DNA of 35,278 bases from an uncultured Anaerolineales bacterium (lineage in GTDB: Bacteria; Chloroflexota; Anaerolineae; Anaerolineales; RBG-16-64-43), in assembly GCA_964649635.1 (NCBI GenBank), contig CAZYSF010000612.1, positions 1-35,278 of the forward strand. The letters run 5' to 3'. Position 1 is the first letter of the stretch. Each line of letters begins with the position of its first letter. Made by a program: the position numbers and the translations under genes. Below the pieces are notes generated by a model. The model had not been told where the DNA came from and ran no database searches. It was given only the letters and a program-made list of their open reading frames with translations. Below are positions 6,872 through 15,679 of the stretch, piece by piece.

Positions 6872-8509
6872 TCAGGCGTAGCTTTGGTAGACAGGATCGT
6901 ACATATGCGAGCGGATGTGCCCGGACAGGTCCGCGGGCCGCGGCACGGAGGCCAGCTTTTGCCGGTAGGCGGTTTCCGCGACGGCGGCGGCAATTAACGC
7001 CGACACATCCCGGATCCGCGCGAGCGGCGGGTAGAGGCTGCCGCGCTCCCGGTCCTCGGCCGAAAGCTGTTCCGAAAGCGTGCGGGCGGCCGCGAGGAAC
7101 ATTTCGTCCGTCACGCGGGTGATGCCGAACGCGACGACGGCCAGCCCGACGCCCGGGAAGATGTAGGCGTTGTTGCCCTGGCCGGGCACCACCTGCCTGC
7201 CGTTCACCATGAGCGGCGCGGACGGGCTGCCGGAGGCGAAGAGCACGCGCCCCTCGGTTCCGGCGTAGGCTTCCTCCGCGGTGCACTCCTGCTTGGAGGT
7301 CGGGTTGGACATGGCGAAGACGATCGGGTGCTCGTTCAGGCGCGCCATCGTTTCGAGCACCGGCCGGGTGAACTTGCCGCGCTGGCCGGCGACGCCGATG
7401 ATCGTGGTCGGGCGCAGGGCGGCGACCGCCGAGAGCAGATCCGGGAGGCCGGGATGATCGTGGGCGTAGACTCGCTTGTTCTCGCCGAGGTCGGCGCGGC
7501 CGCGGACGACCAGCCCCTTCGAATCCAGGAACCAGCAGCGCCGCCGCGCGTCCGCAAGCGGCAGGCCTTCCTCAACCATCGCGGCCGTGATCATATCCCC
7601 GATCCCAAGCGCGGCCTCGCCCGCGCCGAGGAATACGACGGTCTGATCCGCCAGCCTGCCGCCCGTAAAGGCGAGCGCCGAGAATAATCCCGCCAGGGCA
7701 ACCGCGCCCGTGCCCTGGATATCATCGTTGAAGAGGCACAGGCGGTTGCGGTAATCCTTGAGAAGGCGGAAGGCGTTGGCATTCCCGAAATCCTCCATCT
7801 GCACCAGCGCCTCCGGGAAGCGCGCCATGACCGCGGCGATAAATTCCTCGAAGAGCTCATCGTACGCGGAGCCGCGCACCCTCCGCTGCGGCAGGCCGAT
7901 GTAGAGCGGATCCTGGAGGAGGGTTTCGTTTTCGGTGCCGACATCCAGCGTGACCGGGAGGCAGAGGGAAGGATGGACTCCGGCGTTGGCGGTGTAGAGC
8001 GCGAGCTTGCCGACCGGGATTCCCATCCCGTTCGCGCCCAGGTCCCCCAGGCCGAGGATTCGTTCGCCGTCGGTAACGACGATCACCCGCACATCTTCGA
8101 ACGGCCAATTTTGGAGGATCTGCGCGACGCGGCCGCGGTCGTTGGCCGAGATGAAGAGGCCGCGCGCGCGGCGGAAGATGTGGCCGTACTCCTGGCAGGC
8201 CTGCCCGACAGTCGGCGTGTAGATGATCGGCATCAACTCCGCCAGGTTATCCAGGACGACGCGGAAGAAAAGCGTCTCATTGCGGTCCAGGAGTCCCATG
8301 ACGAAAATGTATTTTTCGAGGTCGTTGGGTTTGCGGCGCAGGTTTTCCAGAACCCGCTGCTTCTGCTGATCCAGGGAGCACACCCGGGGGGGGAGCAAAC
8401 CCCGCAAGCCGAGCGCGTCGCGCTCCGCCTCGGTGAAGGCGGTGCCTTTGTTGCGGGTCGGGTCGTGTTGCCAAATTATTCCCTGGGGATTTTTGTTGGG
8501 GGGTGTCAA
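6872..8509 (-). CDS. maeA: NAD-dependent malic enzyme
   Basis: 545 aa. Motifs: NKGTAFTEAERDALGLRGLLPP, IYTPTVGQACQ, VVTDGERILGLGDLG, GIPVGKLALYTA, FNDDIQGTGAV, FLGAGEAALGI. TTG start at 8509, preceded by GGGAAGGTGA. Confidence 0.92.
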   Translation of the reverse strand: MTPPNKNPQGIIWQHDPTRNKGTAFTEAERDALGLRGLLPPRVCSLDQQKQRVLENLRRKPNDLEKYIFVMGLLDRNETLFFRVVLDNLAELMPIIYTPTVGQACQEYGHIFRRARGLFISANDRGRVAQILQNWPFEDVRVIVVTDGERILGLGDLGANGMGIPVGKLALYTANAGVHPSLCLPVTLDVGTENETLLQDPLYIGLPQRRVRGSAYDELFEEFIAAVMARFPEALVQMEDFGNANAFRLLKDYRNRLCLFNDDIQGTGAVALAGLFSALAFTGGRLADQTVVFLGAGEAALGIGDMITAAMVEEGLPLADARRRCWFLDSKGLVVRGRADLGENKRVYAHDHPGLPDLLSAVAALRPTTIIGVAGQRGKFTRPVLETMARLNEHPIVFAMSNPTSKQECTAEEAYAGTEGRVLFASGSPSAPLMVNGRQVVPGQGNNAYIFPGVGLAVVAFGITRVTDEMFLAAARTLSEQLSAEDRERGSLYPPLARIRDVSALIAAAVAETAYRQKLASVPRPADLSGHIRSHMYDPVYQSYA

Positions 8510-8847
8510 GTCGTTTCACCTTCCCTTTCGGCGGAGTTCGGGCGCTGCGGAAGAATTAGTCGCGTCCTTCATTTTACCTGAAACGGAGATGAAGGATGCG
8601 AATCCGGATCAGTGCCGCAAACGAACTCGTTTCTCTACGTAGACCGCAATGACGGTATCGGGAGGGATTATTATTTGTGAATTTGTGCTTTTTTGTGGTT
8701 GATCTTTATTATAAAAGGCACGGAGAGCCGCAATATCAAAATCGGCCGGATCGCCGTCAGCACAAACCGCTGAAGAAACCATAGAGAGCTCGCATGGCAG
8801 CCCAACGGTTCGCGCCGCTGCGATTGAAATCGAATTGGCAGGCAGCC

Positions 8848-10488
8848 CTAATTGGAATCCGCCGTCGGGCAAATTGCAAAACGGGCGCAAATTTCAAAGA
8901 ATTCGGGGATTTCCGTATACGGTGTGTTCACCGGGTGCTTATGGAAATAGGTCTTATCCGGCAAAAGCGGATATTGGGTTCCAAACCAGTGATTAAGGAT
9001 CACCCGGAACGAGTTCACCGGCGTCATGGAGGGGTACAGGAGATCATAGCCGCCGTCGGAAAAAAAGATGGCATTCAGGATCGCTGAGCGCGCGTTCACG
9101 CCCTGTGCGGACGGGGAGTCCCAATCGAGAAAATGCTCGTCTCCGTGATCGGATTGGAGCACAATGACCAGCGGCCGCTTGGCCTCGGCTAATATCCGGT
9201 CGATCGTCGCGAGTATCGCCCGGTTCAGGTAATCGATTTGATAACCGTAATACTTGATGTACTCCGCGGGCTCCACTTCATACCAGAACAGATTGGTTTT
9301 GCCGTGGTATTTTAAGGCTTCACCGCCCGGACCGTACAGGAACGGGAAATGGGGCAGATAAATATGCGAGAAGATGAAGCGCGGGCCGTCCGCCAATGCG
9401 TATTCCGGCAGATGCTCCACCGAATACCGGATCCGCTCCCGGCGGATTTCCAGTTCACGGTTGACGCTCGCCGTGAATACGCCATCCGGGGCGGCGCCGC
9501 CGGAGGAGGCGCCGCCTCTTATTAATGCCAGCACGTAGGTCGTTTGCAGCAACAGCTGCTCAAAGGGTGTGACGGCCGAAGCGCTCTCCTGGATTGACGG
9601 CGACGAGGCGAAGACATCCGCATACTGAAAATTCGAATCCCCCGTGCCCGAATCGAATACGACGACCTGGTATTTCTGCCTCCGCAGGAATTCACTGACG
9701 TAATTCGTATACAGGTTGTACCGGGATTGTTTGAACAGGCCCGCGGGGAATTCATGGAAGTAGAGCAGGTTCAACGATGTATTGAGGGAGTAGGTCGTGG
9801 TGAGGTAATTCGACCGGCTGGAGGGTGCGATAAAGAACCCGCGGTCCTGCAGCGACCCCATGAAGGATGAATTATCATACCCATAATACTCCTCAAGAAC
9901 ATCAGCCCGTTCATACGCATCCAAGATGATGTAATAGATGTCCGGTTTTTCGGTCTGCGGGAGCTCGCGCATCGAAGCTTCCGACCGGGCTTCTTCCCGC
10001 ATCTGTGCCAGGCTTTCCAGTTCGGACGGGCGGGAATAAATCCGGTCGACATTCGCCGCGACGATCGATGCCAGCGGCCAGAATACCAGCATCAGCCCGA
10101 TGAGGTTCAGGAGCTGGGTGGGCTTTTCCGACGAGCGATAACGCAGGATGAGAAGGGGAAGCGGGAGAAAAATGATCAGCCAGATCCATGCGAACACCGA
10201 AATATTAAAGGGCATTCCCTGCTGCACGAGCCAGTTTTCCAGGAAGTTGACGATGTGGCCGAAGGAAAAGAACATTATAAGGAGCATCGAACATATTAGC
10301 CCCGCCGCATGCCAGCTCTTTATAATGGCGCGGAAGCCGAACAGGAAGAGAAAAGTCAATCCGACGGTTATACCCAATGGCCGCACAACTTCCGCCGCCG
10401 GAATGAAGGCGATATTGCGCGCGTACAGATGAAAAATGGGGTAGATGCCGAGTAGAAACGGGTGGAACGGAAAACGCAAGATCCGCAT
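8848..10488 (-). CDS. membrane-anchored alkaline-phosphatase-superfamily protein (sulfatase/LTA-synthase-like)
   Basis: 546 aa. About 5 N-terminal TM helices are followed by PDIYYIILDAYER, HIYLPHFPF and VLQSDHGDEH, which are typical of metal-site motifs in sulfatase-like domains. Confidence 0.7.
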   Translation of the reverse strand: MRILRFPFHPFLLGIYPIFHLYARNIAFIPAAEVVRPLGITVGLTFLFLFGFRAIIKSWHAAGLICSMLLIMFFSFGHIVNFLENWLVQQGMPFNISVFAWIWLIIFLPLPLLILRYRSSEKPTQLLNLIGLMLVFWPLASIVAANVDRIYSRPSELESLAQMREEARSEASMRELPQTEKPDIYYIILDAYERADVLEEYYGYDNSSFMGSLQDRGFFIAPSSRSNYLTTTYSLNTSLNLLYFHEFPAGLFKQSRYNLYTNYVSEFLRRQKYQVVVFDSGTGDSNFQYADVFASSPSIQESASAVTPFEQLLLQTTYVLALIRGGASSGGAAPDGVFTASVNRELEIRRERIRYSVEHLPEYALADGPRFIFSHIYLPHFPFLYGPGGEALKYHGKTNLFWYEVEPAEYIKYYGYQIDYLNRAILATIDRILAEAKRPLVIVLQSDHGDEHFLDWDSPSAQGVNARSAILNAIFFSDGGYDLLYPSMTPVNSFRVILNHWFGTQYPLLPDKTYFHKHPVNTPYTEIPEFFEICARFAICPTADSN

Positions 10489-10643
10489 ATTGTGCCAATC
10501 CTCTTGAGTGCCGGATTATAGTATGGTTTGGTTTTTTCGTCCTTTATGCCGCAGGAATTCCTTGAACGTCCTTTCGATCTCATCCCTGTTTTAATACTCC
10601 TGTTGCGGATGCGCGGCCGCCCGCCGGGCCGGCAATCCGCGGA

Positions 10644-11312
10644 TCAGGCAAGGGGTTCCTCGCCTTTTTCGCGGATGACGATTCCCAGCAATCCCGCGAT
10701 TTGCAGCGCCTGCGCGGAATCCACAATCGCCCCGGAAAACTCCTCCGGCCCGGCCTGCACACCGTCGAGCTGCGATCCGCGCAGGTCGGCGCCGCGCAGA
10801 ACGGCGCGCCGCAGGTCGGCCCGGGCCAGATCGCAATCTTCGAACACGACGCCGGACAAATCCGAATACTCGAATGATGCTTCCCGCAATTTGCATTTTA
10901 CGAATCGCGCGGCGCGGAATTTCGCCGATGAGAGTACCGCCCTTTCCAGGATGCATTCCTGGAACAGGGCATCCTCAAAATCGGATTCCAGGAGCTGGGC
11001 TCCGATGATCCGACATTCGAGAAATTCCACCCGCCGGAAACGCGCCTGCTCCCAGACGATCCCGGACAGGTCGGAAGTTTCCAGGCGGCAATCCGATAGG
11101 CGGGGTTTTACCAGCCGGGAGGGCCCCAGGATGGCCTTTCGAAAAACCATGGTGTCAAAAACAGCACGCGCCGCCGATTGGCCGGCCCAATGGCAGCCGG
11201 ATAACTCCAGCATTGAATACTCGCCGTCGTCCTGGAGGGCCGGTATGGATCCCGCGGACATCCGTTTCGGAAACCGCGGCGGGCGGATGGCTTTTGGCGG
11301 AGAAGGCTTCAT
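10644..11312 (-). CDS. pentapeptide repeat-containing protein (about 222 aa)
   Basis: Long run of A(D/N)LxX-type pentapeptides, for example SDLSGVVFEDCDLARADLRRAVLRGADLRGSQLDG. The ATG at 11312 has GGGAG upstream. The alternative ATG at 11261 cannot be excluded. Confidence 0.8.
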   Translation of the reverse strand: MKPSPPKAIRPPRFPKRMSAGSIPALQDDGEYSMLELSGCHWAGQSAARAVFDTMVFRKAILGPSRLVKPRLSDCRLETSDLSGIVWEQARFRRVEFLECRIIGAQLLESDFEDALFQECILERAVLSSAKFRAARFVKCKLREASFEYSDLSGVVFEDCDLARADLRRAVLRGADLRGSQLDGVQAGPEEFSGAIVDSAQALQIAGLLGIVIREKGEEPLA

Positions 11313-11364
11313 GGCGCTCCCGGGAAAAATACGTCCGCAGACGCGACGGATTCCCCGACTGGAA

Positions 11365-12195
11365 TCATTCCGCCAAAAACTGTTTTCGAGTGAGCTGCTT
11401 GCGGGCTTCATGCCGTTCCAGGGACGCCGCAAAAACCTTCTCGAACACATCCGGCAGGTCCTGTTCCAAAACGTATATGCCCGCTTCCGTTGACCCTCCG
11501 GGAGTGGCCACCTGCCGCATCAGGGATTGGAAATCCTCCCGGTTGCGCTTCAACAATTCCGCCGTGCCGTGCATCGTATGCAAAATCAGGTCGGCCGCTT
11601 CGGCATAGGTAAAACCGCGGCTTGCCCCGGCCCGGGCGAATTGGTCGCAGATCGACGCCAGCAATCCCGGCAGGCAGCTGGTCAGCTCCGCGCCGGCTTC
11701 GAACTGATCTTCGGTGATGATCCGGACCTCTCCAATAGTCTTCAAGATCCGCTCCAGGTCCGCTTTTTGGGCCGGCGCAACTTTTTCGTTATGGCAGACC
11801 AGCGTCACCCCCTCGCCGACTTCGGCGATCAGGGTCGGCATGATCCTGGTAAACGGTCCGGTCACCAGCCTCTCCACGCACGCCATTTCGACTCCGCCGG
11901 AGATGGAGACCAGGTGGGTCTCAACCCCCAGCGTATCGCGGATCTCCGCAAGCACCGGGTACACCTGGGCGGTTCCGACGCACAGAAAAAGGAGGAAGGA
12001 TTTTTCCGCCGCCGCGCGGCTGTTTTCGGCGATCTCGATCCCGGGATACCTCCGCGTCAAGCCGGCAAGTTTTTCCGCGGTCCGCGTGAATGCCACCACC
12101 CGGGAATCCGGGAATGCCCCGGCCGCCAGAAGACCGCGGAGCAGCGCGCCGCCCATGTGCCCGTATCCGACGAAACCGATTTTTTTCTTTTCCAT
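11365..12195 (-). CDS. proC: pyrroline-5-carboxylate reductase
   Basis: IGFVGYGHMGGALLRGL dinucleotide fold and the ATPGGSTEAG signature. ATG at 12195 with GAGG upstream. Confidence 0.85.
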   Translation of the reverse strand: MEKKKIGFVGYGHMGGALLRGLLAAGAFPDSRVVAFTRTAEKLAGLTRRYPGIEIAENSRAAAEKSFLLFLCVGTAQVYPVLAEIRDTLGVETHLVSISGGVEMACVERLVTGPFTRIMPTLIAEVGEGVTLVCHNEKVAPAQKADLERILKTIGEVRIITEDQFEAGAELTSCLPGLLASICDQFARAGASRGFTYAEAADLILHTMHGTAELLKRNREDFQSLMRQVATPGGSTEAGIYVLEQDLPDVFEKVFAASLERHEARKQLTRKQFLAE

Positions 12196-12218
12196 CAGGA
12201 CCTCAAAACACGCAAAAC

Positions 12219-12614
12219 CTATCCGTCCGCGATCTTCGACGAATGATACGCCGCGGAACGCCAGTTTCCGTCCGCCTGCTTGATGAAGATCCGCGTAAAC
12301 CGGAACCACTCATCGAAAGGCGCGGATTCGGATTTTCCGACTTCGTGCAGTCTCCCGGTCATGATCGCCGTGTTTTCATAAATCCGGATTCGGGTCTCAT
12401 CCAAATCGATCGAATTAAAAACCACCTCGCGGCTTTCCAGCGCCGACAGCAATTGATTCCGGGCAACGACCTTCCCGCGGGAATTTATATAGTCGTAGTC
12501 GTCCGTCATCAGCTCTTCCAGCGCCTTCCGGTTAAAATCGATATAGGCCCCAATCCGGATTTGCTCCATTTCAAGGAAAATTTTTCTCTCATCGTTAGCC
12601 GAAAATTGATCCAT
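12219..12614 (-). CDS. NTF2-like (SnoaL/DUF4440-type) protein
   Basis: 131 aa. The pattern ...YINSRGKVVARNQLL...TAIMTGRL...FTRIFIKQADGNWRSAAYHSS is typical of DUF4440/NTF2-like folds. It ends 23 nt upstream of proC. Confidence 0.7.
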   Translation of the reverse strand: MDQFSANDERKIFLEMEQIRIGAYIDFNRKALEELMTDDYDYINSRGKVVARNQLLSALESREVVFNSIDLDETRIRIYENTAIMTGRLHEVGKSESAPFDEWFRFTRIFIKQADGNWRSAAYHSSKIADG

Positions 12615-12932
12615 ACACGCCTCTCCTCTGAAATAAAGGGGGTGATTTTACGGGAGACAACCGCAGCCGTTGCATTCCTCATGGAGCACGGATGATCGTA
12701 CCTCGGGGTATGCCTGCCCGACCTTGTGCCGCGGTTTGTTCACCTCACGGGCTTCGCCCATACGGTTCAGGCGGACGGGCAGGCCGCTTCCGGCGGGTAT
12801 TTTAGCCGATATCAGGACCAGGAAGGTACCCCTCGGCCCCGCATGAGCCTCTCCAAAAACCTGTGGGCGCGACCGGCGATCGCACCCACATTTTCATTCC
12901 ATTCAGGCCGATCCTGGAACAGCCGACGGGGA

Positions 12933-13328
12933 TTATCCGGGCAGGACCAGGAAATATCCCGCAACCGCCGTGACGATCCCGATCAAGCCCGAATACAGAA
13001 CGATCTGGACCGCTTTTTGGCGGTCCTTTCTTCTATATTCGGCCTGCTCGACCGTATCGGTTTTTCCGACATTCGGACCGAAGTTGAACACCCCCCGGAT
13101 CCCGAAAGCGGCGCAAAAATGCATCGCCGCCTGGAGAAAACCGACCGCGGATCCCGCCGCCGGGAAGAAGAGGAGCAACCGCCACGCGGCGGGGACTCGG
13201 AAATAACAGAACGCGATCCACAGCAGGATTGTGGCAGCCAGCCCGATCCATCCGCTCTGCCGGCGCATCCGGATTTCGGCCGGGCCGATATTGCACACAC
13301 CGGGAACGTATTCCGAATTCTTGTTCAT
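12933..13328 (-). CDS. hypothetical membrane protein
   Basis: The ATG at 13328 is preceded by GGAGA. About 3-4 TM segments. No family recognised with confidence. Confidence 0.5.
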   Translation of the reverse strand: MNKNSEYVPGVCNIGPAEIRMRRQSGWIGLAATILLWIAFCYFRVPAAWRLLLFFPAAGSAVGFLQAAMHFCAAFGIRGVFNFGPNVGKTDTVEQAEYRRKDRQKAVQIVLYSGLIGIVTAVAGYFLVLPG

Positions 13329-13475
13329 GAGATCATCTCCCAAATCCGGCGGCGGCCTCAAGTGCGCCATCCCGGGCGACCGGCCCGGATTTATCAATAA
13401 TCATTTTACCGGTTTTCGCGCCCGCGGATCAGGCGATCAGCCTTGGCCCCTGCGCAGCGATTCCAAAATCGCCCC

Positions 13476-14255
13476 TCATCGCGATGTTCGCCGGGACGCT
13501 CCGGATTTCGATGGTCCGGGGACCGGCCCCGCCTCAACGCCTCCCGGCCGCAGGAGCCCGCGGCCGACCATGACGTACCAAATTATCAGCAGCAGGGCGT
13601 TCGGAAGGACCATGAGCAGGACGATAATCTCCGACGACGTCAGCGCCTGGCGGAGGTAATCGGCCAGCGAAAGCGCATGGGCAAATATTCCGACCCAGGC
13701 GGTTGCCCGGCTGAAGGCATGCGCCCGGAGCATTACCGTCGCGACTAGCAACCCGGCTATGGAAACCAAAAAGAGGCCGATGTTGAAACCGCCGACGGCG
13801 CGCTGGCCGGTGCCGGTCAGCAGGGCCTGCCCCGCCGCCAGGTATGCGGACCTCTCCGCGTCCGTCGATGCGGCGGCATGCCGGCTGCTGAGGGACAGCA
13901 TGGAGAAGGGATTGTTGGTGGCAAGAAAAATCCCCACCCCGAGAAGCGCCAGGGTGATGACGATCGCCATCCGGCTTTGATCGGCCTGCTTAAGCGCGGC
14001 ATAGAGGGCGAGGAACACCAGAGCGAACATCACATACATCGGGATTTCCAATCCCCAAAAATCCAGGAAGCCGACGACCGGTTTGGTTCGGAACAATTCA
14101 AACCAGCCGCCGACCGTATCGGGCGGCGGGAAAACAGCGAGCGCCAAAACCTCGCCGAGCGTTAATGCCCCCGCGGCCAGCGCCGCCGCGCCGCCGGCCC
14201 GGAAAAGGCGCGCAAAAGCAGCGTTTGAGTTTATTGGAGTTTCAGGCCTGTTCAT
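13476..14255 (-). CDS. multi-pass membrane protein, DUF4386-like
   Basis: Hydrophobic 259-aa product starting MNRPETPINS. The helix pattern resembles DUF4386 proteins, but the assignment is from memory only. Confidence 0.55.
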   Translation of the reverse strand: MNRPETPINSNAAFARLFRAGGAAALAAGALTLGEVLALAVFPPPDTVGGWFELFRTKPVVGFLDFWGLEIPMYVMFALVFLALYAALKQADQSRMAIVITLALLGVGIFLATNNPFSMLSLSSRHAAASTDAERSAYLAAGQALLTGTGQRAVGGFNIGLFLVSIAGLLVATVMLRAHAFSRATAWVGIFAHALSLADYLRQALTSSEIIVLLMVLPNALLLIIWYVMVGRGLLRPGGVEAGPVPGPSKSGASRRTSR

Positions 14256-14345
14256 GATCGCAAAGATCCTTTCGCTTTCAAATTTGTCGGCGGCCCGGAT
14301 GCAGGCGCGGCTCAACCGGCGGTCAACGCGCGGTCGGGCGGATCC

Positions 14346-15269
14346 TCACGGCATAAACACTTCCGCTTCGCGGATCTCGGCGGACGGCATCGTATCGTTC
14401 CACATCAAAAATTTAACCGCCCGGCGCGGGTTTACATCCAAGACGAAGTAATCGCCCGCGGGTGATATGGCGTGGATTGTCACCTCATCGAGGAAACCCG
14501 TTTTCAGCTCGGCCAGGTCCCGCGCGGCTTCCCGGACCGCATCGCGCAAGCCGTAACCGAGCTTGAGGTATATCACCACACTCCGGGCCGTTCCCGCCCG
14601 GATGGCCATCTCGCCGAGGCCGGTGCAGGCGCAGGCTCCATAGCGGCTGTCCGCGTAGCTGCCCGCGCCGATGATCGGGCTGTCGCCGAGGCGCCCCGGG
14701 TACTTCCAGGCCCAGCCTGATGTGCTCACCGCGGTCGCCAATCCCCCCGGGCGGTCGATGCACAGGTAAACGGTCGTATCGAACGGCCGCTCGGGATCGC
14801 GGGCGACGCCCTTGATATCCAGAAGATTGATGTCCGGGAAGCGCCTTTTTTGTGCTTCGGTGAGGATTTCGTCCATGTGGGTTTTCCAGGCCTGCACCGA
14901 ATGATCGGTCTCATTCTTGTTTTTTTCCGCTCCGATCTCCGCCGCAAACCGCTCGGCACCCTCCCCCACCAGAATTTCATGATCCAGCCGCTGCATCACT
15001 TCATAAGCGATGGCAACGGGATGTTTGAACCCGCGGATGGCCCCCACCGCACCGGTCCGGCGGGTATTTCCGTCCATGACCGCCGCGTCCAGCTGAAGCT
15101 CCCCCAGGAGATTGGGCCAGGAGGATTGCCCGACGGAGTGGATATCCAGATCCACCTCCGCGATCATGATCCCCGCGACGATCGCCGGCAAGCCGCCGCT
15201 TCCGGCCTTCAGCAGTTCCACCGTCCTGGGCACACCGGTTCTGCCTTCATGGCTCGCGATCAGCAGCAT
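14346..15269 (-). CDS. Ntn-hydrolase of the asparaginase_2 family (glycosylasparaginase / isoaspartyl peptidase-like)
   Basis: 307 aa. TSGWAWKYPGRLGDSPIIGAGSYAD and ACACTGLGEMAIR are characteristic of N4-(beta-N-acetylglucosaminyl)-L-asparaginase-type enzymes. A D-T autoprocessing-site candidate is at FDTTVY. Confidence 0.85.
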   Translation of the reverse strand: MLLIASHEGRTGVPRTVELLKAGSGGLPAIVAGIMIAEVDLDIHSVGQSSWPNLLGELQLDAAVMDGNTRRTGAVGAIRGFKHPVAIAYEVMQRLDHEILVGEGAERFAAEIGAEKNKNETDHSVQAWKTHMDEILTEAQKRRFPDINLLDIKGVARDPERPFDTTVYLCIDRPGGLATAVSTSGWAWKYPGRLGDSPIIGAGSYADSRYGACACTGLGEMAIRAGTARSVVIYLKLGYGLRDAVREAARDLAELKTGFLDEVTIHAISPAGDYFVLDVNPRRAVKFLMWNDTMPSAEIREAEVFMP

Positions 15270-15420
15270 AGACTCTTCCCTTCGTATGCGAAGCTTCCAT
15301 CGAAACGGGGTATTAGCCGCCCAGCCGGGCGGCTTGGCATCAGCATTTTATCCGAATTCCAAGCGGGGAATTTAATAGATAAAGGGGTAGTCCAAAAAGA
15401 AACGCCGGAACTTTTTTTAC

Positions 15421-15471
15421 TCGTCATGCCCGCGCCTGCCCTCGCGAAGCAAGGGTGTACGCGGCGGGCAT
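15421..15471. repeat. 51-nt short form of the structured repeat, inverted orientation (copy B1)
   Basis: Its reverse complement is ATGCCCGCCGCGTACACCCTTGCTTCGCGAGGGCAGGCGCGGGCATGACGA. This aligns to positions 2-28 and 73-96 of the long form, so it lacks the 44-nt apical module. Confidence 0.7.
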
Positions 15472-15489
15472 CCACTCCTAAAAACCCTG

Positions 15490-15585
15490 GATTCCCGCTA
15501 AGATCACCCTCGCTTCGTAATCCTCCCGGCTTATGAACCAGGTGCAAGCCGGGAGACTCCGCGAGGGCAGGCGCGGGAATGACGA
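15490..15585. repeat. 96-nt GC-rich structured intergenic repeat, long form, copy B2
   Basis: Ungapped match to 6691-6786. Stems: ATTCCCGC/GCGGGAAT, CCCTCGC/GCGAGGG and CTCCCGGCTT/AAGCCGGGAG, with loop ATGAACCAGGTGC. It lies 95 nt 3' of the permease stop at 15680. Confidence 0.75.
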
Positions 15586-15679
15586 CTAAACCAGGGCAAG
15601 GTATCACCCAAGACAACCATTCTTTCACTTTCAGGACAGCCCCTCAAGCGGCGGTCTCCAATCCCGGCGCGCCGGGCCA

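Noticed and set aside
6711-7286. Arg/Gly/Pro-rich alternative-frame ORFs within the malic enzyme gene (6711-7286, 7336-7575, 7591-7944, 7857-8108)
   Set aside because: These are same-strand or antisense shadow ORFs of a highly conserved enzyme gene, and their products are low-complexity.
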